The position numbers and the translations under genes are program-made. The notes under the pieces are model-generated. The model saw nothing but the letters and a program-made list of their open reading frames with translations, ran no database searches and was not told the DNA's origin. Below, piece after piece: positions 36,546 to 49,148 of a stretch of DNA of 64,000 nucleotides (the stretch's first letter is position 1; every line of letters begins with the position of its first letter). Source of the stretch: Lama guanicoe (lineage: Eukaryota); NCBI GenBank assembly GCA_013239625.1, contig MU053881.1, forward strand, positions 9,757,957-9,821,956. Direction: 5' to 3'.

Positions 36546-38229
36546 AACCTGCCACTCTGGAAACTACGGGGCTCAGTCGGTGAGCCCGTGAGTTCTGATA
36601 TTCCAGTTTCCAGATCTGCTGTCTGCCTTCCAGAGTCACTGTGAAAGCCTGACTCGGTCTGTATGAACTCTAGTTGACTCGTCTAAAAAGCACAGATGAT
36701 GTAAGCACTCACCTCTAAAGACACGAAGGTTAATCCCCAAATGTAAAGTGCTTAGGACAGTGCCTGACACACCATTTTAACAACAGCTAACAGTGACAGG
36801 TATACACATGACCTTAAATAACAATTAATTCACACATAATATAAACATTCACAACTTCCAAGCTGCTGCTGCTTCTTTTCTTTTTTATTTTAAGGGTCTT
36901 CTGGTTTTGTTCCTTGTCTATTTTCCTATCTCCGAAGAGCTCGGGAGAAAAATCCTAAATATATAACAGATTCACGAGGGCCCCGTGGAACACGGGCCCT
37001 GCACCTGTCAACACGTCACTCATAATCACGTTTCCCCGGCTCAAACGTGCACACCTGGGGAAGGTTGACAACTCAGTCTCCGACATCATCCCCCATTACA
37101 GTTAGGTAGGGAACATCTGGCCAATTAATTTTCATGTGGTCTAGGAAGCCGGATCACCAATTACAGCATTCAAGGGTTCCTACTTTCATTACCCTCCTAG
37201 CGTGAGCACACACAAGACTCGGGGAGCTGCTGGCTGTGAGAGCTGGCGCTGCTGACATTCCAGAGCAGGACACACAGAGAGGACCACAAATCATACAAGG
37301 CAGAACAGTAATTGGATAGGATGCTCTCTTCAGATTTCTCTTACAAATACACTAAGTGCCTGTAAGTAAGCCAAGTCAGCCAAGTTATGAATCTAAATAC
37401 TCTGCCAAAGCTAGGAACTCATTTCCACTTGGGCTAACCACGAGGTCAGGCCAAAGTCTTCAAAACATCCTCACTCATTCTGTTTACTAACAAAGAAAAG
37501 GAAACCTAGTCTTTAGGGTAAGTATTAAGAGTTCCAAAAGTTTATCTTGAAGAGGGTGGTTCATTTTTAAATAACGAACTCTATCTTCCTATTACAAACA
37601 AATAATTATTTTCTACAGTGGCAATGCTCACCAAAAAAAGTCTCAGTTTGAGTCCATCACTGAAGCAGAAATTTAGGGGTAGGAGATGTTCATGCAGCTG
37701 GCTTTTCTCTAGGACTCGGTGCTCTGTGTAACTACCATTTGTCCAATAAATACAAGTCTCTGACAGTTCTGTGGTGAACTCAGCAGGGTCCAGGCTATTA
37801 TTTCAGGCTTTTTTAAGAATAAATATCAAATAATCTGAAAAGACATCTTAAAGGGTAAAAGTGCAACCATTTCTTTTTTTTTTTAACGGTTGCTAGTGGT
37901 GGGGAATCAAAGGAGAATTTTCCTCCTCTTGGAAAGCAGACTTTCACTATGGCTAACGGAGAATATACATCAACAACGTCACAGGTGGCACAGAATTTCA
38001 ACATGCCTGTTCAACACCTATAATCATCCTAAAGCAGGCAGGGTGTACTGGTGCTGGAATATTGGAAGAAAATTCAGTAATTACAACTTTGTACCAATGT
38101 ATGTCTACATATGCATGTATAGGTTGTATGTTATGTGCACGTATGTTTACACACATACATGGTTTTAGAGTAGGTCAGAAGTTGTACCGGCGTCTAGAAG
38201 TTTGCACCTGATGAACACTTGGTCCCTCA

Positions 38230-38547
38230 CCAGAGACGATGTTGGTTAGAACTGAAGTATCTCATCTCCCCTGTCAATAGGTGGGCATATGAATCCAGCT
38301 TCACCAATCAGATCCTGGTTCCCAAGTCTCTCTTATGGCAGACCCTTGAAGACCCCCCCCCCCACTAGCTTCTTACCTAGATTTCAGAGCTTCTCCACTT
38401 TCCAGCCTTTTATGAGGCTTGACTGTGCAGCCATTCATTTGATTCTGTGAGACAGTCAATAGGCTTTCAATTTATTTGTTTTTCTACTTTCGTTCGTCAG
38501 TATTTGTGTCTGTTGCATGCAACCAATGGTTTCTGATTCGTGATGTA
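38230..38547 (+). mobile_element. Old MaLR/ERVL solo LTR (MLT1-like), internally deleted
   Basis: 'gtgggcatatgaatccagcttcaccaatcaga' and 3' end 'tctgttgcatgcaaccaa..ctgat'. Confidence 0.55.
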
Positions 38548-39192
38548 TTTATCTCCCCAGGCTTACTGCAACCTCCCACTTTGCAAAAGTGGACACAGGA
38601 TACGTGTCCTCTCCTGTCCTCATAAAAAGCAAGGCTACCCTGGATTTAACTTTTAAAACATTCTCACATTCACTTACATTAATAAAGTACTCTTTTAAGG
38701 CCAATGCAAATGATTTAAATATGTGTTTTGTTTTAGTTTTCACTTTCCTACCAACTAAAAACTTAAAAAAAATTAACTTCATTGGTTTTGACACATTAAT
38801 CTTTTCTCAGTACTTGGACAGAAGCTGACTATATGCAAATAGGTTAGTTTCTGTATTTGGACATCAGTAGCAATATTTCTCCAAGTTTTAAATCATCTAC
38901 ATAGCATGTTAAATTATAGTGCCTCTCTTTCTTCTCTGACAGATTCCAACCTTTTGAGGCTCTGCCTTCTTTCTTTGCTACAGTAAATTGATCCTTTAAA
39001 ACATCCAGGTGCAAATGAATTAATGGTCTTCTATTGTGTGTGAGAGTGATGGAGGCCCTCCCCCCTCCTCCTCCACATTGAGGTCCCTTCCCCTTCTGAG
39101 AAACCCACATATCAATTAAACTCACCTGCTAATTAAAAGCTTGTTTGGAAAAATCCTTGCTAGTTAGAAGCAAAAGAAGAGTGTAAAGGTGT

Positions 39193-39202
39193 CTAAAAAT
39201 AG
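39193..39202. promoter_or_regulatory. Perfect MEF2 consensus site CTAAAAATAG in repeat-free DNA
   Basis: Exact match to YTA(W)4TAR; motif match only, function untested. Confidence 0.3.
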
Positions 39203-39889
39203 CGGCTTTGCATGTCAATTACTTCCTTCCTCCTCGGTTCCTGGTTCTTTGGGTTGAATTGAACACTGGCGAAGAGCTAGGAGAAGCAAAAAGAAGAAAG
39301 AAAAAAGGGTGAGTATCTTTTTCACCTGTTCTTCTCTGGGAAGCCTATCATTGGCTTGGTAGCTTCAGCTCTTTGTCAGCAACATCAAGATACAGTTTTT
39401 ATTCGTGAGATGAAAACACCATCTCACACTCCTCATCTAGCCACACTGCCCTCCTGTACAAAGGCAGGAGAAACCAGAGTTCTTACGTGTTGACTGTCAA
39501 CTCTCAAGCCAGAGCTTTTGCAAGCTGGAATATCAGAGGAATGAAACTGAGTGTGGAAACAATGCTCAGTTCTCTCCTTAATGACATGTGCTCTTAGATC
39601 TTCAACCACAGCCCCTTCCTGTCTGCTTTTTCCTGAGAAATGGGTCCTAAGGGTGGATATATACCAACGCTAAGTTGTCTTCTTTCTTTTCTCCCCCAGA
39701 CTTAAAAGCTATATTGCTCTGAAGTAACATGCTAAGTATCAAACTATACAAAATAAAACTGTAAAAATAGAACCTGGGGGACTGGGAAAGTTACAGGTAT
39801 GAACAAAGCCCCACCTTTTTTTTTTTTCCATGTACCAAAGAGAACCAATTAAATTATGGTCTGCCTTAGAAAATGACGGCCAGTGTATC

Positions 39890-40130
39890 CATTTATTCAT
39901 TCACTCGGTAGATTTTTGGGACAGGTCCACTATTCGGAAGTCACTGAGCTGGGAGGTGGTGTTTGAATTGTAATTATGATCCAGTCCCAACCCTGGAGGA
40001 GTGTATAGTCCAGGAAAGAAACTAAGAGTAACAGATATTCCAAGAGCTTGTGACAAAGCTGGTCACAGAAGAAACACAGGCAGCTAACTCAGATGTGGAG
40101 GGTTAAATGAAGGCTTTTAGAAATGGTTAA
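39890..40130 (-). mobile_element. LINE-2 3' tail
   Basis: 'atttattcattcactc' followed by 'ccctggaggagtgtatagtc'. Confidence 0.6.
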
Positions 40131-41249
40131 CGTTAAACTAAGGCCAAAAGGTTGAAGATAGGTAAACAGGAAGGAGAGTACGAAGAGACGGTGCTGAATG
40201 GGCGCCATGAAAGCGGCCATGACACTTTGAGGGAACTGTCCATAGATATTTGGACCAGGAGCCAGAGACTGAAGAAAAATCCCAGAGAAAGAACAAAGTA
40301 GGATGGCATTTCAACCTGTCTTCTGTAATAATCATAAATTAGTGATTTTTTTTTCCTAATAGGATGTACAGATAGAAATAGGAAAGGACAAATGTTCTTC
40401 ATTCCATGACTTCCTTTCTGATGTGCAAAACAAAATAGGGCATGTTTAGGGGGCTACGAAAAATATGGTTTACAAACTACTTGAGGGTTTAACAGATTAC
40501 ACACTTTTTAAGTCCAAAACAGATATATGCCATAGAGATTTAAATTAATAGGATTAAGGCGGACTGTATGTCATAGAATGAGGATAATACAGTGAGTAAT
40601 ATAGTAAAACCTTGTGAAAACATAAACCCTTCTTGGGAAAAAAAATGATTTTCCAGTATATTTATGTTCAAAACTAGAACATGCTTTGGAAACAAAAGAG
40701 AAGATGACTTCACACAATGGAATACTGTGTACCAATGAAATGAACACCAACATGATAATCTTCAATTCTGTTCAATTCAGTTCGGTTAAGAATTATTGAG
40801 TACCTACTATGTGTCGAGCATTTTAGTAAGCTCTAGGGCAATCTCAGTTGATGAATAATGCAGGCAAGTCCTGAAGCTGAGGGACTTGCAGGGATGATAG
40901 ACTATTATCAAGAATCCTCAGGAAGTGTTCAGAGTTATAATACGTTCCTTCTATTCTATTACCTAGAATGTAAAGCAAGAAACTTTCTTACTTACAGCTG
41001 TATCCCTGTTGCCTAAAACAGTGCCTGGCTCAGTGACTATGTTAAACGTGTAAAGTCTACCTTGATGAGTGGTCTCTGGATATGAGCGCTTAAGCTCCAG
41101 TTTCAAAGTAGCACTAAGACAAGGCCCTCAATCTTTTTCTACATTTTGTTTTTGTCTGAGGTCCAAAGAAACTGCACTCCTCGCTGTGAAATACAAAATT
41201 CTTAGCTTACATCCTATAGCCCCAAATTAATCCTCCAAGTTGCAAATCA

Positions 41250-41775
41250 CCCTCCAATGGTTTCTTGCGACAATTAAAATAAAATCGCACCTTTTGACTA
41301 AGACCTCTTATTCCCCCAACGATATCTCCTACTTGGTCTCAACATTCATCTGACATTTTTCGCACTCTAAGCACCCTGACTTTCTTTCTGTCCCTTCAGC
41401 ATACCACACATGTTTCCATCTTATGGTCTTCGCCTTTTTCTCTCTGCCTGCAGTGCTCTTCCTCAAGAACTTTGCCTGGTTCACTCTCATCATAAAGGTC
41501 TCAGGCTGAATGTCATATCTTCAGTGGGCCCTTCTCTGACCATCCTTCTAAAATGGCCATGTTCACCCATCAGTATTATCTCCTCATGTCAGCCTGCTCC
41601 GTATTCTTCATAGCAATTCTTAGTGTTTTGACATTTTCCTCTTGTTTGCGTCTTTTCCCAGCCTCTACAACTAGCCTGTTAGCGCCACAAAGGAAACCAT
41701 ATTGTTTATCACTAAAGGAGTACCTTGTACAAAGCAAGTACTTAATGTCTGTTGACTGCATAAATGAATAAATTA
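41250..41775 (+). mobile_element. LINE-2 3' portion
   Basis: 'ctctgcctgcagtgctcttcctcaaga', 'ccttctctgaccatcc'; tail 'tgttgactgcataaatgaataaa'. Confidence 0.75.
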
Positions 41776-41947
41776 GCCAATGATGCACCGTCCTTCATTT
41801 ACGTTGCGAGGAACTCTGCGCATTGCTAAATGTAACAGAAAATCCAGGCAGTAGCCATAATATGACAACAAACCCAGTTTTCAGTGGTGTAGAACTAAGT
41901 GATAAGCCTGAAGGTGACATCCCTTCTTTAAAGGTACTTTTTTTTTA

Positions 41948-42332
41948 AATGCATAAAGGACTTGGAGGGCATTATACTAAGGGAAGTAAGTCAGACAAAG
42001 ACACATTTCTGTATGATATTGCATCTGTGGAATCTACAAAATACAACAAACTAGTGAATAAAACAAAAAAGCAGCAGACTCACAGACACAAAGAACAAAC
42101 CAGTGGTTATCAGTGGGGAGAGGAGAGGGGAGAAGGGGCAGCACTGGGATAGGGAAAGAACAAAAAAGGTTAATACAGGATTATTTGAAATCACGTGTAT
42201 GAAACTTCTGAAAATTGTCAAACTGAAAAATTTTAAAAGTCTCATTTAATTAAAAAATTTTAAAAATATAAGAAAAGTCAAAAGCAAATCAATAGACTGT
42301 GATTCTCCGTATCCCCTCCACCCCTCAAAAAA
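41948..42332 (+). mobile_element. Artiodactyl-type LINE-1 3' end (5'-truncated) with A-rich tail
   Basis: 'ggacttggagggcattatactaa', 'tacaacaaactagtgaata', 'cagactcacagac..gaacaaaccagtggtta', 'gaaatcacgtgtatgaaactt..aaaattgt'. Confidence 0.85.
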
Positions 42333-42340
42333 GTGCTTAC

Positions 42341-42403
42341 TTTTTTTCTTTAATTGAAGTATAGTCAGTTATAATGTATCAATTTCTGGTGTACAGCATA
42401 ATA
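42341..42403 (-). mobile_element. Very short camelid-type L1 3' tail
   Basis: 'tttttttctttaattgaagtatagtcagttataatgtatcaatttctggtgtacagcataat'; same family as 33332-33538. Confidence 0.8.
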
Positions 42404-42934
42404 TTAAAGATGAATTTATTCCAAAAAAAGTTTTAATCTGACAAATGACCCAATGGGCACAAGAGTATGGAGGGTAAAAACCTCCACTGTAATTTTCCTT
42501 AATATTTTAAACTTCAAATAGCTTTTCTAAATTGAGCATAAAATATCTTCACTCATCCTGACTATAAAGAAAAATACAGCATGAAGAATGTCATTCTGCA
42601 AGACCCATGAATTACTCCTTTTTTTTTTTTTTTACTAAGGTCTAAAGTCTAGATTGCACCAGTGACTAGATCACTGCAGGGCAAAATTTGCACAAAAGAG
42701 AACAAAATATAGAATTGATTTTCAATGCTAGCATCATGACAGACCGTATTCTGAAATGCACAGAAAGAAAGACACCGAAGCCACTTCTCCAGAGTTTAAT
42801 GTCATATAAAATTACGAGCAAACGTTACATTGTGAGTGACCACAGTCCTTTACAAGAGTGATTCATATGGTCAAATTTTACTTAAAACAGCTGCTCATTT
42901 CACTGCTATGGAGAAGGTACAATTTAACTTAGGG

Positions 42935-43190
42935 AGGTAACACAGGGGAGTGGTTAAAAACATGGGTGTTGGAACCAGTAAACCCTAGATTCATAACTCA
43001 TCCTTTTACTATCTATGAGTTCTTGGGCGAATTGACTGTCAGTTTGTGAATCACAGTTTCCTCCTCTGTAAAATACAGATAGTAATTCTCACTGCTGTGG
43101 AGCTGTGAGCCAAAATAGGATAATGAATGTGTTTAACATAGTACTTGACACATACTGAATGCTCAGTACACATTACCAATTATTATTAGC
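42935..43190 (+). mobile_element. MIR SINE, near full length
   Basis: 'agtggttaaaaacatggg', 'cagtttcctcctctgtaaaat', 'tgctcagtacacattaccaattattatt'. Confidence 0.85.
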
Positions 43191-44694
43191 CTCATTATTT
43201 TTAGAAGAAAATTAAAAAAGTGAAGTGACATTCTAAAAAGTGTAAAATTAACCCTTAAATTCAACTATTTTAAAAGACTTTTGAAATTTAGGTACCTGAA
43301 AACACAGGCTTTAAAAAAATATTTTCCTTTAGCTGACAGTTTCTTTAATTTCTAAATGAACCACATTGTCTGCTCCACATCTCAGCTTTTATGCTTGCCC
43401 ACATTTCATCGTGATTTCCCGGTGCTTCTTTTGGGTAATGTAAAATCACACTTCATTTTACTTTCTGTTTCATGTGCAGAGGCTATCATCCCAAAATGTC
43501 TGTGGTGTGTGCACAGTGCCCTCTCAGATCTCAAGTTTCTCTTAGGAGCTTCCTAACGTGCTCTGTGTCTACTTATCAGGAATTCGGGTAATTCTTGCTC
43601 ATGTCACCGTTCCCTTCACTGAGCCAGTTCCCCTCGCTTGCATTCCACCGTGTCCTCCTACCCTGGGCAGAGAATGCCTACTCTACACCTTCAGAAAGCA
43701 ATCAGTGAGCCAGATTTCAATATAAAGCTTGCACACAATTTTGTTTTCATCTTGTCTCCTATCCTTTTCATTCATCTGGTGTCGTCCTAAAATGCCCCAA
43801 ATCAGGATACGTGCCGCAGTTAACACCAGCATGCAAAACTTCTTTCATCCTTCACAAGGTTAATCCTTTATTCTCTTTGAAAAACAGAATTCACCTTTTT
43901 TTCTCCTAGAGAGTAAGAATAATTCTGTTTTTGCAGAAATCTGTAATGTTTGCTTACCCTTGAAGCCCGTATATGGAAAACCAACTAGAGCAGGATCTTT
44001 TTTTTTTTTTTTTTGGTTATTTGTACATCATACAATTTTTTAAAAGTCTATAATCAGCTAGAGTTCCAGAGATGTGAATTATTGCCTAACGACTCTGATT
44101 AATTAGACTGCTATTTAATTTTTGTAATTCAGCCTGAGTCTGAATAGTGCAAAATCCATTTGACCTGTATCTTACAGTCATCCCTTTGTCACAAGTCTCA
44201 GACCTTTATAATGATGAGCTGCTATGACTGGTAATCACCTTTGGACCTCCTGTTCCTTCTCTTTACAAATTAAAAAGGAGCCTGCAAAAACATCCTGGTG
44301 CAGGGTGCACAGGTAATGTGGTAAGGTTGCAAGAGTAGGATTCTATGAGCATTCCTGAATACTGATGACTGAAAGAGGTAGTGAAGCCATCTTCGACATC
44401 CTCCACTATTTGTGCATTTAGGGGAGAAAAAAAAAACGAAGAGGCACGTTGAGCTTGAAGGAAGAGCAGCAGAGGATGAGCTGGAGATGCAGATGTGGAT
44501 CACGTGCTGTACGAGGAAGAGGAGGCGGACAGCATTAGATTGCAATTTTAAGAGATCCTACAGAGTGTGAGTTAGGGGGATAAATATTAAAGTGATACAG
44601 ATGAAAAGACAATGTGATGCAAATAGTGAGTTGGCTTATAATCCAAGCAAGAAAGAATAGTGGTTGGATATATAGGAGAGTGGTATTAAAAAAA

Positions 44695-45890
44695 AATCAC
44701 TCATTTAAGTATTCTTTATTAAACAGCTATCATGCTAGGCCCTATTTTAGATGTTGGGAGTTTTGAATCCAGTGAAAAGCTTCCTTCTCTAATAAAACGT
44801 ATGCTCAAATTGGAGAAAGCCGAGAGGAAGAATGAATCAATAGACAACAGGCAAAAGTATCTGGTTACTACTGTAGGGCGATTAATTCAGGGAAAGTTGA
44901 GAGGGACTTCAGATTGGGAGATCAGGAGAAAAGGGTTCTCTGAACAGAGGACACCAAAATGAAGCACTGACCAATGAGAAAAGTAGTTCCCAAGTATACG
45001 AAGCAGGAACAAGGTTGATGTATTCAAGGCAAAGAAGGAAAAGCTGGTGTGACTGGAGCAGAGTGGGAGATGGGAGAATAAAAGTTGATGAAGTCAAAGA
45101 AGTCAGACTTTTTAAATTGGGTAAGATTTTGGATGTTCAGTGAAGACGTTTATGAAAGGAAATAACATGACCGGAGATAGGTTTTTAAGAAACGACTCCA
45201 GCTCCTGAGTAGTTCACGGATTAGAGAGGTCAAGAAGAGGCCGAGCTAGACCAGATCATAACTTTTTACTCCAGAGCACATGTTACAAGGATGAGAGCAG
45301 CAGAGATGGGGAACAGAGACAGGGTTTGGGCGAGATCTGGGAGGTTACACTCACAGCCCTTCCCGATGAGCTGCACATGGAGGTGGGAAGAACGAAACAA
45401 ACCAAGTTAAAACTCTAGCTCTTGAGCTTCAGCAATTAGGTGGATGTAGCACCATTTGTGAGATGGGGCAACTCAGAGAAGAGCAAGACTGGAGACAGAA
45501 CTATGGCTATGATGTGACCAAAGGCATGCCTACCACAATGTCCACGCAGATATGCCAGATCGGAAGTAAGGGACATGAGTCTGGTGTGAGGGATAAGTTC
45601 ACAAAGGAGTGATAAAGACAGCCCCTATTAGGAAATTGGAAATAGGAAACATCCCCCGTTTTACAGCATAAAATTAGATGAGTGTGAAAACACACACAAA
45701 AAACCAAGACTGGGGCCTTCTAGGGGCAAGGAGAGCAGCAGACATCTGCAGGTGTGAGAAGGGGAAGCCAAGGGGTTGGAGGAAACCCAGAGTGTGTCAT
45801 GAGAGTCAAGAGCACAAAGAAGTTCAAGAAGCAGAAACGGGGCCACTGCGGGAAATGCTGCTCAGAGTTCAAGTCACAAAAGAGGGAGAA
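44695..45890 (-). mobile_element. LINE-2 3' ~1.2 kb
   Basis: Reverse tail 'tcactcatttaagtattctttatt..atgctaggccct' plus purine-rich body ('gagcttcagcaattaggtggatgtagcaccattt', 'ggaggaaacccagagtgtg'). Confidence 0.8.
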
Positions 45891-46499
45891 AGCGGATGAG
45901 TTCCACAATTTATGTGGGAGGAGTCTTCCATCAAGATTGTGCTGATGGATTGGATGCCCTTAGCCATGTCACTCCAGCCTCCTCCTCTTTCTCTGCCTCC
46001 CGCATACTTCTGGGCCATCATCTCACAAAAAACAATCAAGGAAAAGCAAGCATTTCTAGTTTGCGATCCTTTCTCTGCCTTTAATTTTTCTCTTCTACTG
46101 CCTCTTTTTTCACAAAGTTGCCAATAAAATTCAGCTTAGATTCTTCCTTCAAAAATCTCCAGCAGCTTTCCTTTGTCTGAGATTAAATTAAAAATTCCAC
46201 CTTTAAAGCTCAGCTTTAATGCATCTGACCCATCAAATGGTCTCTGATTGCCCCTGCAGAATTATTCATTCTTCTGCTGTCTCCGTAGTACATTGCTTGT
46301 GCCTGCACATAGAACTCTTAAAATTCTGCCTTGGGGTGTTTATATTTCACTTCCCTCCCCTTACGCTGAAAACGTCTAGAGAAGAATTACTAAAACCTGG
46401 GCTGAAGCAACAGCAAAACAACACAAAACAAAAAAGCAGTAGCAAGAGCACCAGGTCAAAAACCATGCCTGGAATTTAAGTGCTGAGAATTTTCCAGGG

Positions 46500-46690
46500 A
46501 CAATATGTAGCCCTTTAAATAGATCACTTTATTTAATATTTCTTGATTTTGTGGGGCAAGTGCCAGGATTATTCCAACTTTACAGATGAAGGGGCTGAGG
46601 CAGAGAAAGGTAAGTCGTGTGTCTGAGATCAAATGGCGACTGCGTATAGAGCACATGTACCCAGGACAGGATGTGAAGTTAATCTTTTCC
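46500..46690 (-). mobile_element. MIR SINE
   Basis: 'tttacagatgaaggggctgaggcagagaaaggtaagt'. Confidence 0.75.
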
Positions 46691-47589
46691 CCCAAGTTGA
46701 TGGGGGTCTTCCCTGTGGTGATGCATAGGAACAATCAGTGGACTTATTTTCAGAAAGACCAGAGTCGCTTAACTTCATTATTATGAATTTCTGCTGAAGA
46801 GCTTCTGTGGCTTCCAAATCAATCCAAAGTTACTGCCTAGTCTTTTTTCTAGACAGTGTATACACTGTGGGCGAGAGAGTTTTCAATCTGCCAGGGTCCA
46901 CATGCACCTCTAACTGAGGTCTGCTAATGAGGACAATTAATTACCAAGATCCAACCTACGTGTGTGCCCGGGGCATGGTGAATGAGGCTGACGTGGGTAG
47001 CCTGAAAAGGGGGAAAAAAAAATCAAAGCACCCACCAGATCACGGGGCAAGAGGAGAGAGAACTTTGGGAGCACTTGCCTTAAGGACCCCTTGACACAGC
47101 ACAGGAGGAAAAGCAGGTGGGCCTGGCCAATTTCCTATTGCCCAATGAAAGGATATTTCATTCCTAATTATGGGTGAGCTATTTTTGTCATGTTCCCCTA
47201 CAGGGTCACTGCCTCTAATCCTGCACTTATTAATTTGGGAAGCATTTTGGAAAATACTTGAGATTAAGACTGATGGGTGCTATTTTAAACTCTACTCCAA
47301 AGAGAGAGGCTGAAACAAGCAAGTCAGTGCATCCTTTGGTAAGTTGACAGGCGGTGAATTGCAGCAAAAGAAATTAAGCTCCAGGCCAAAATTAAGTCCT
47401 TTAAAGCATAGCTTTATAATCATTTCCATGGCTGTGAAACCTGGTTGTGTTAGCACAAGGACATTTAGTTTCTTGAGAAATTTTGTTCGAATGCCTCTGA
47501 ATTAGGATACCATTCAGTGAAGAGCTGTAATGGTTTGTCTGTTTTTAGAAAAACATTTACACTTCCCTTTTCCTTTCCTCAGTCTGGGT

Positions 47590-48240
47590 CTTCTTCACCT
47601 CATACCTAGGTTATGATAGTCTTTGAATAAACCTCTTTGATGGTCATTCCTAGATCTATCCTATTCCACAAGGTGTGACCAGTCAATCCTTTCTAAAACA
47701 TCACGTGTACCATGTCACTCACTATCCCCTGCTGCAGAAGAATCCACGATGTCTCCCTGCCGTCCACTGAGCCAATTCCGTATCATTCAACTTGACATTC
47801 AACTGGCCCCACCCTTTGTGTTCAGTCTGAAAGGAAACCCCCTCAGTCCTGCTGATTCCAAATTCCTCATCACGAGACATACATACGAGGCTTTTCTTCT
47901 TACCTATTCTTTCTCAATCCCTATTTTTTGTTTCTCAATGTCTAGCACAAAAATGACTTCCTTAATGAAGCTCTCTCCCAAATAACTCCCTGCCCTTTTA
48001 TTTAGCGACCTATTAATTCAACACCTGTTTCAATGCAGCACAGAATGCAAGTTTCTAACAACCTTAACTAATTGCCTTTACAAACGTGCTCGATTTCTTT
48101 CATGTGCATGTATTGTCTTCTCAATTTAATAAATTCCTCGAGGGAGCACATGGCTTGTTGTTGTTGTTGTAATGTGACTCCGCATCCTCGAATACAGTGT
48201 TAGGCAAGCAGAAGGAACTTAATAACTATTTGTAGAAGGA
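47590..48240 (+). mobile_element. Diverged LINE-2 3' portion
   Basis: 'tctaaaacatcacgtgtaccatgtcactc', 'taaattcctcgagggagc'; tail 'cttaataactatttgtagaa'. Confidence 0.6.
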
Positions 48241-48269
48241 AGTAAAAAAAAAAAAAAAAAGAAAAAAAT

Positions 48270-48475
48270 TCTAGAGCACGCCAGACTAAGAAGTTATAAA
48301 GCAAGATCTGGTTTTGACCATAGCGCCTATCAACTGTGTGGTGTTGAGTAAATCGTTTAACTCCTCTAAGACCCGGTTTACAAATTTAGAAGCCAAGAGT
48401 AATAACAGTACCTTCCACTCTTACTGCAAAAGCCCGATGTGAAGAAGGAAGGAAACGATGTATGTCAAAGTGTTT
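48270..48475 (+). mobile_element. MIR SINE (diverged)
   Basis: 'ctgtgtggtgttgagtaaatcgtttaactcctctaagacccggttt..taataacagtacct'. Confidence 0.6.
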
Positions 48476-48659
48476 TCTTTTCAAAGGAAGACATTTCTAT
48501 GTTTAATTATATTTCCACGCACAGTGTGGAAACCAACCTTCCTCCATCCTGGAGTTGTTTTTTTTTTTTTTTTGAGATTGATTTTTACTCGGTTGATACA
48601 GTGAACAAGGGCAAACAAATGACACAAAACAATATAAAAAATGATTTACAATTTGACCA

Positions 48660-49148
48660 AACAAAAGACTTATACATGAGGGCCCAGAGTAGCTTTATTC
48701 ATTATAACTCAAAATTGAAAATGAACTAAAACATCTATCAAAAGGTTCATAAATACGTAAACTGTGGCATATTCATCCAATGAAATAGTACTTGGGAATA
48801 AAAAATGAATGAGTTAAGAGGAATGGATTTCAAAAGGGTCACGCCAAGCAAAAGAAGCCAGACTCCAAAAAGTACATGATACATAGCTCCATTTAGATGG
48901 AAGTCTAGAAAAGGCAAATCTGATCTCTATTATGAGCCAAGCAGAACAGTGGTCACTTGGTGCCAAAGGTGGGAGCAGAGATGCACTGGGATGGAGCACA
49001 AGGACCTCTCTGTAGCAAATGAAACATTTTGTCTTGATTGTCATGGTGATAACCTGGCTATACATGTATTTGTCAAAAGTTATCGATCTCTAGCTTAAAT
49101 AGGTGCATTTATTGTATGTAAATTTTACCTTAATAACATTTTAAAAAA
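48660..49148 (+). mobile_element. L1ME-type LINE-1 3' end
   Basis: 'gctttattcattataactcaaaa', 'aactgtggcatattcatccaatgaaat', 'aaaagaagccagac', 'gtgcattttattgtatgtaaattttacctt'. Confidence 0.85.

Noticed and set aside
37887..38022. Plus-strand segment translating as GGESKENFPPLGKQTFTMANGEYTSTTSQ after a poly(T) tract
   Set aside because: Weak donor (gtggca), peptide unrecognised, in-frame stop shortly after.
40133..40402. Hydrophobic minus-strand ORF resembling a membrane protein
   Set aside because: Hydrophobicity follows from T/C-rich composition next to an L2 remnant; no convincing donor site and no recognisable family.
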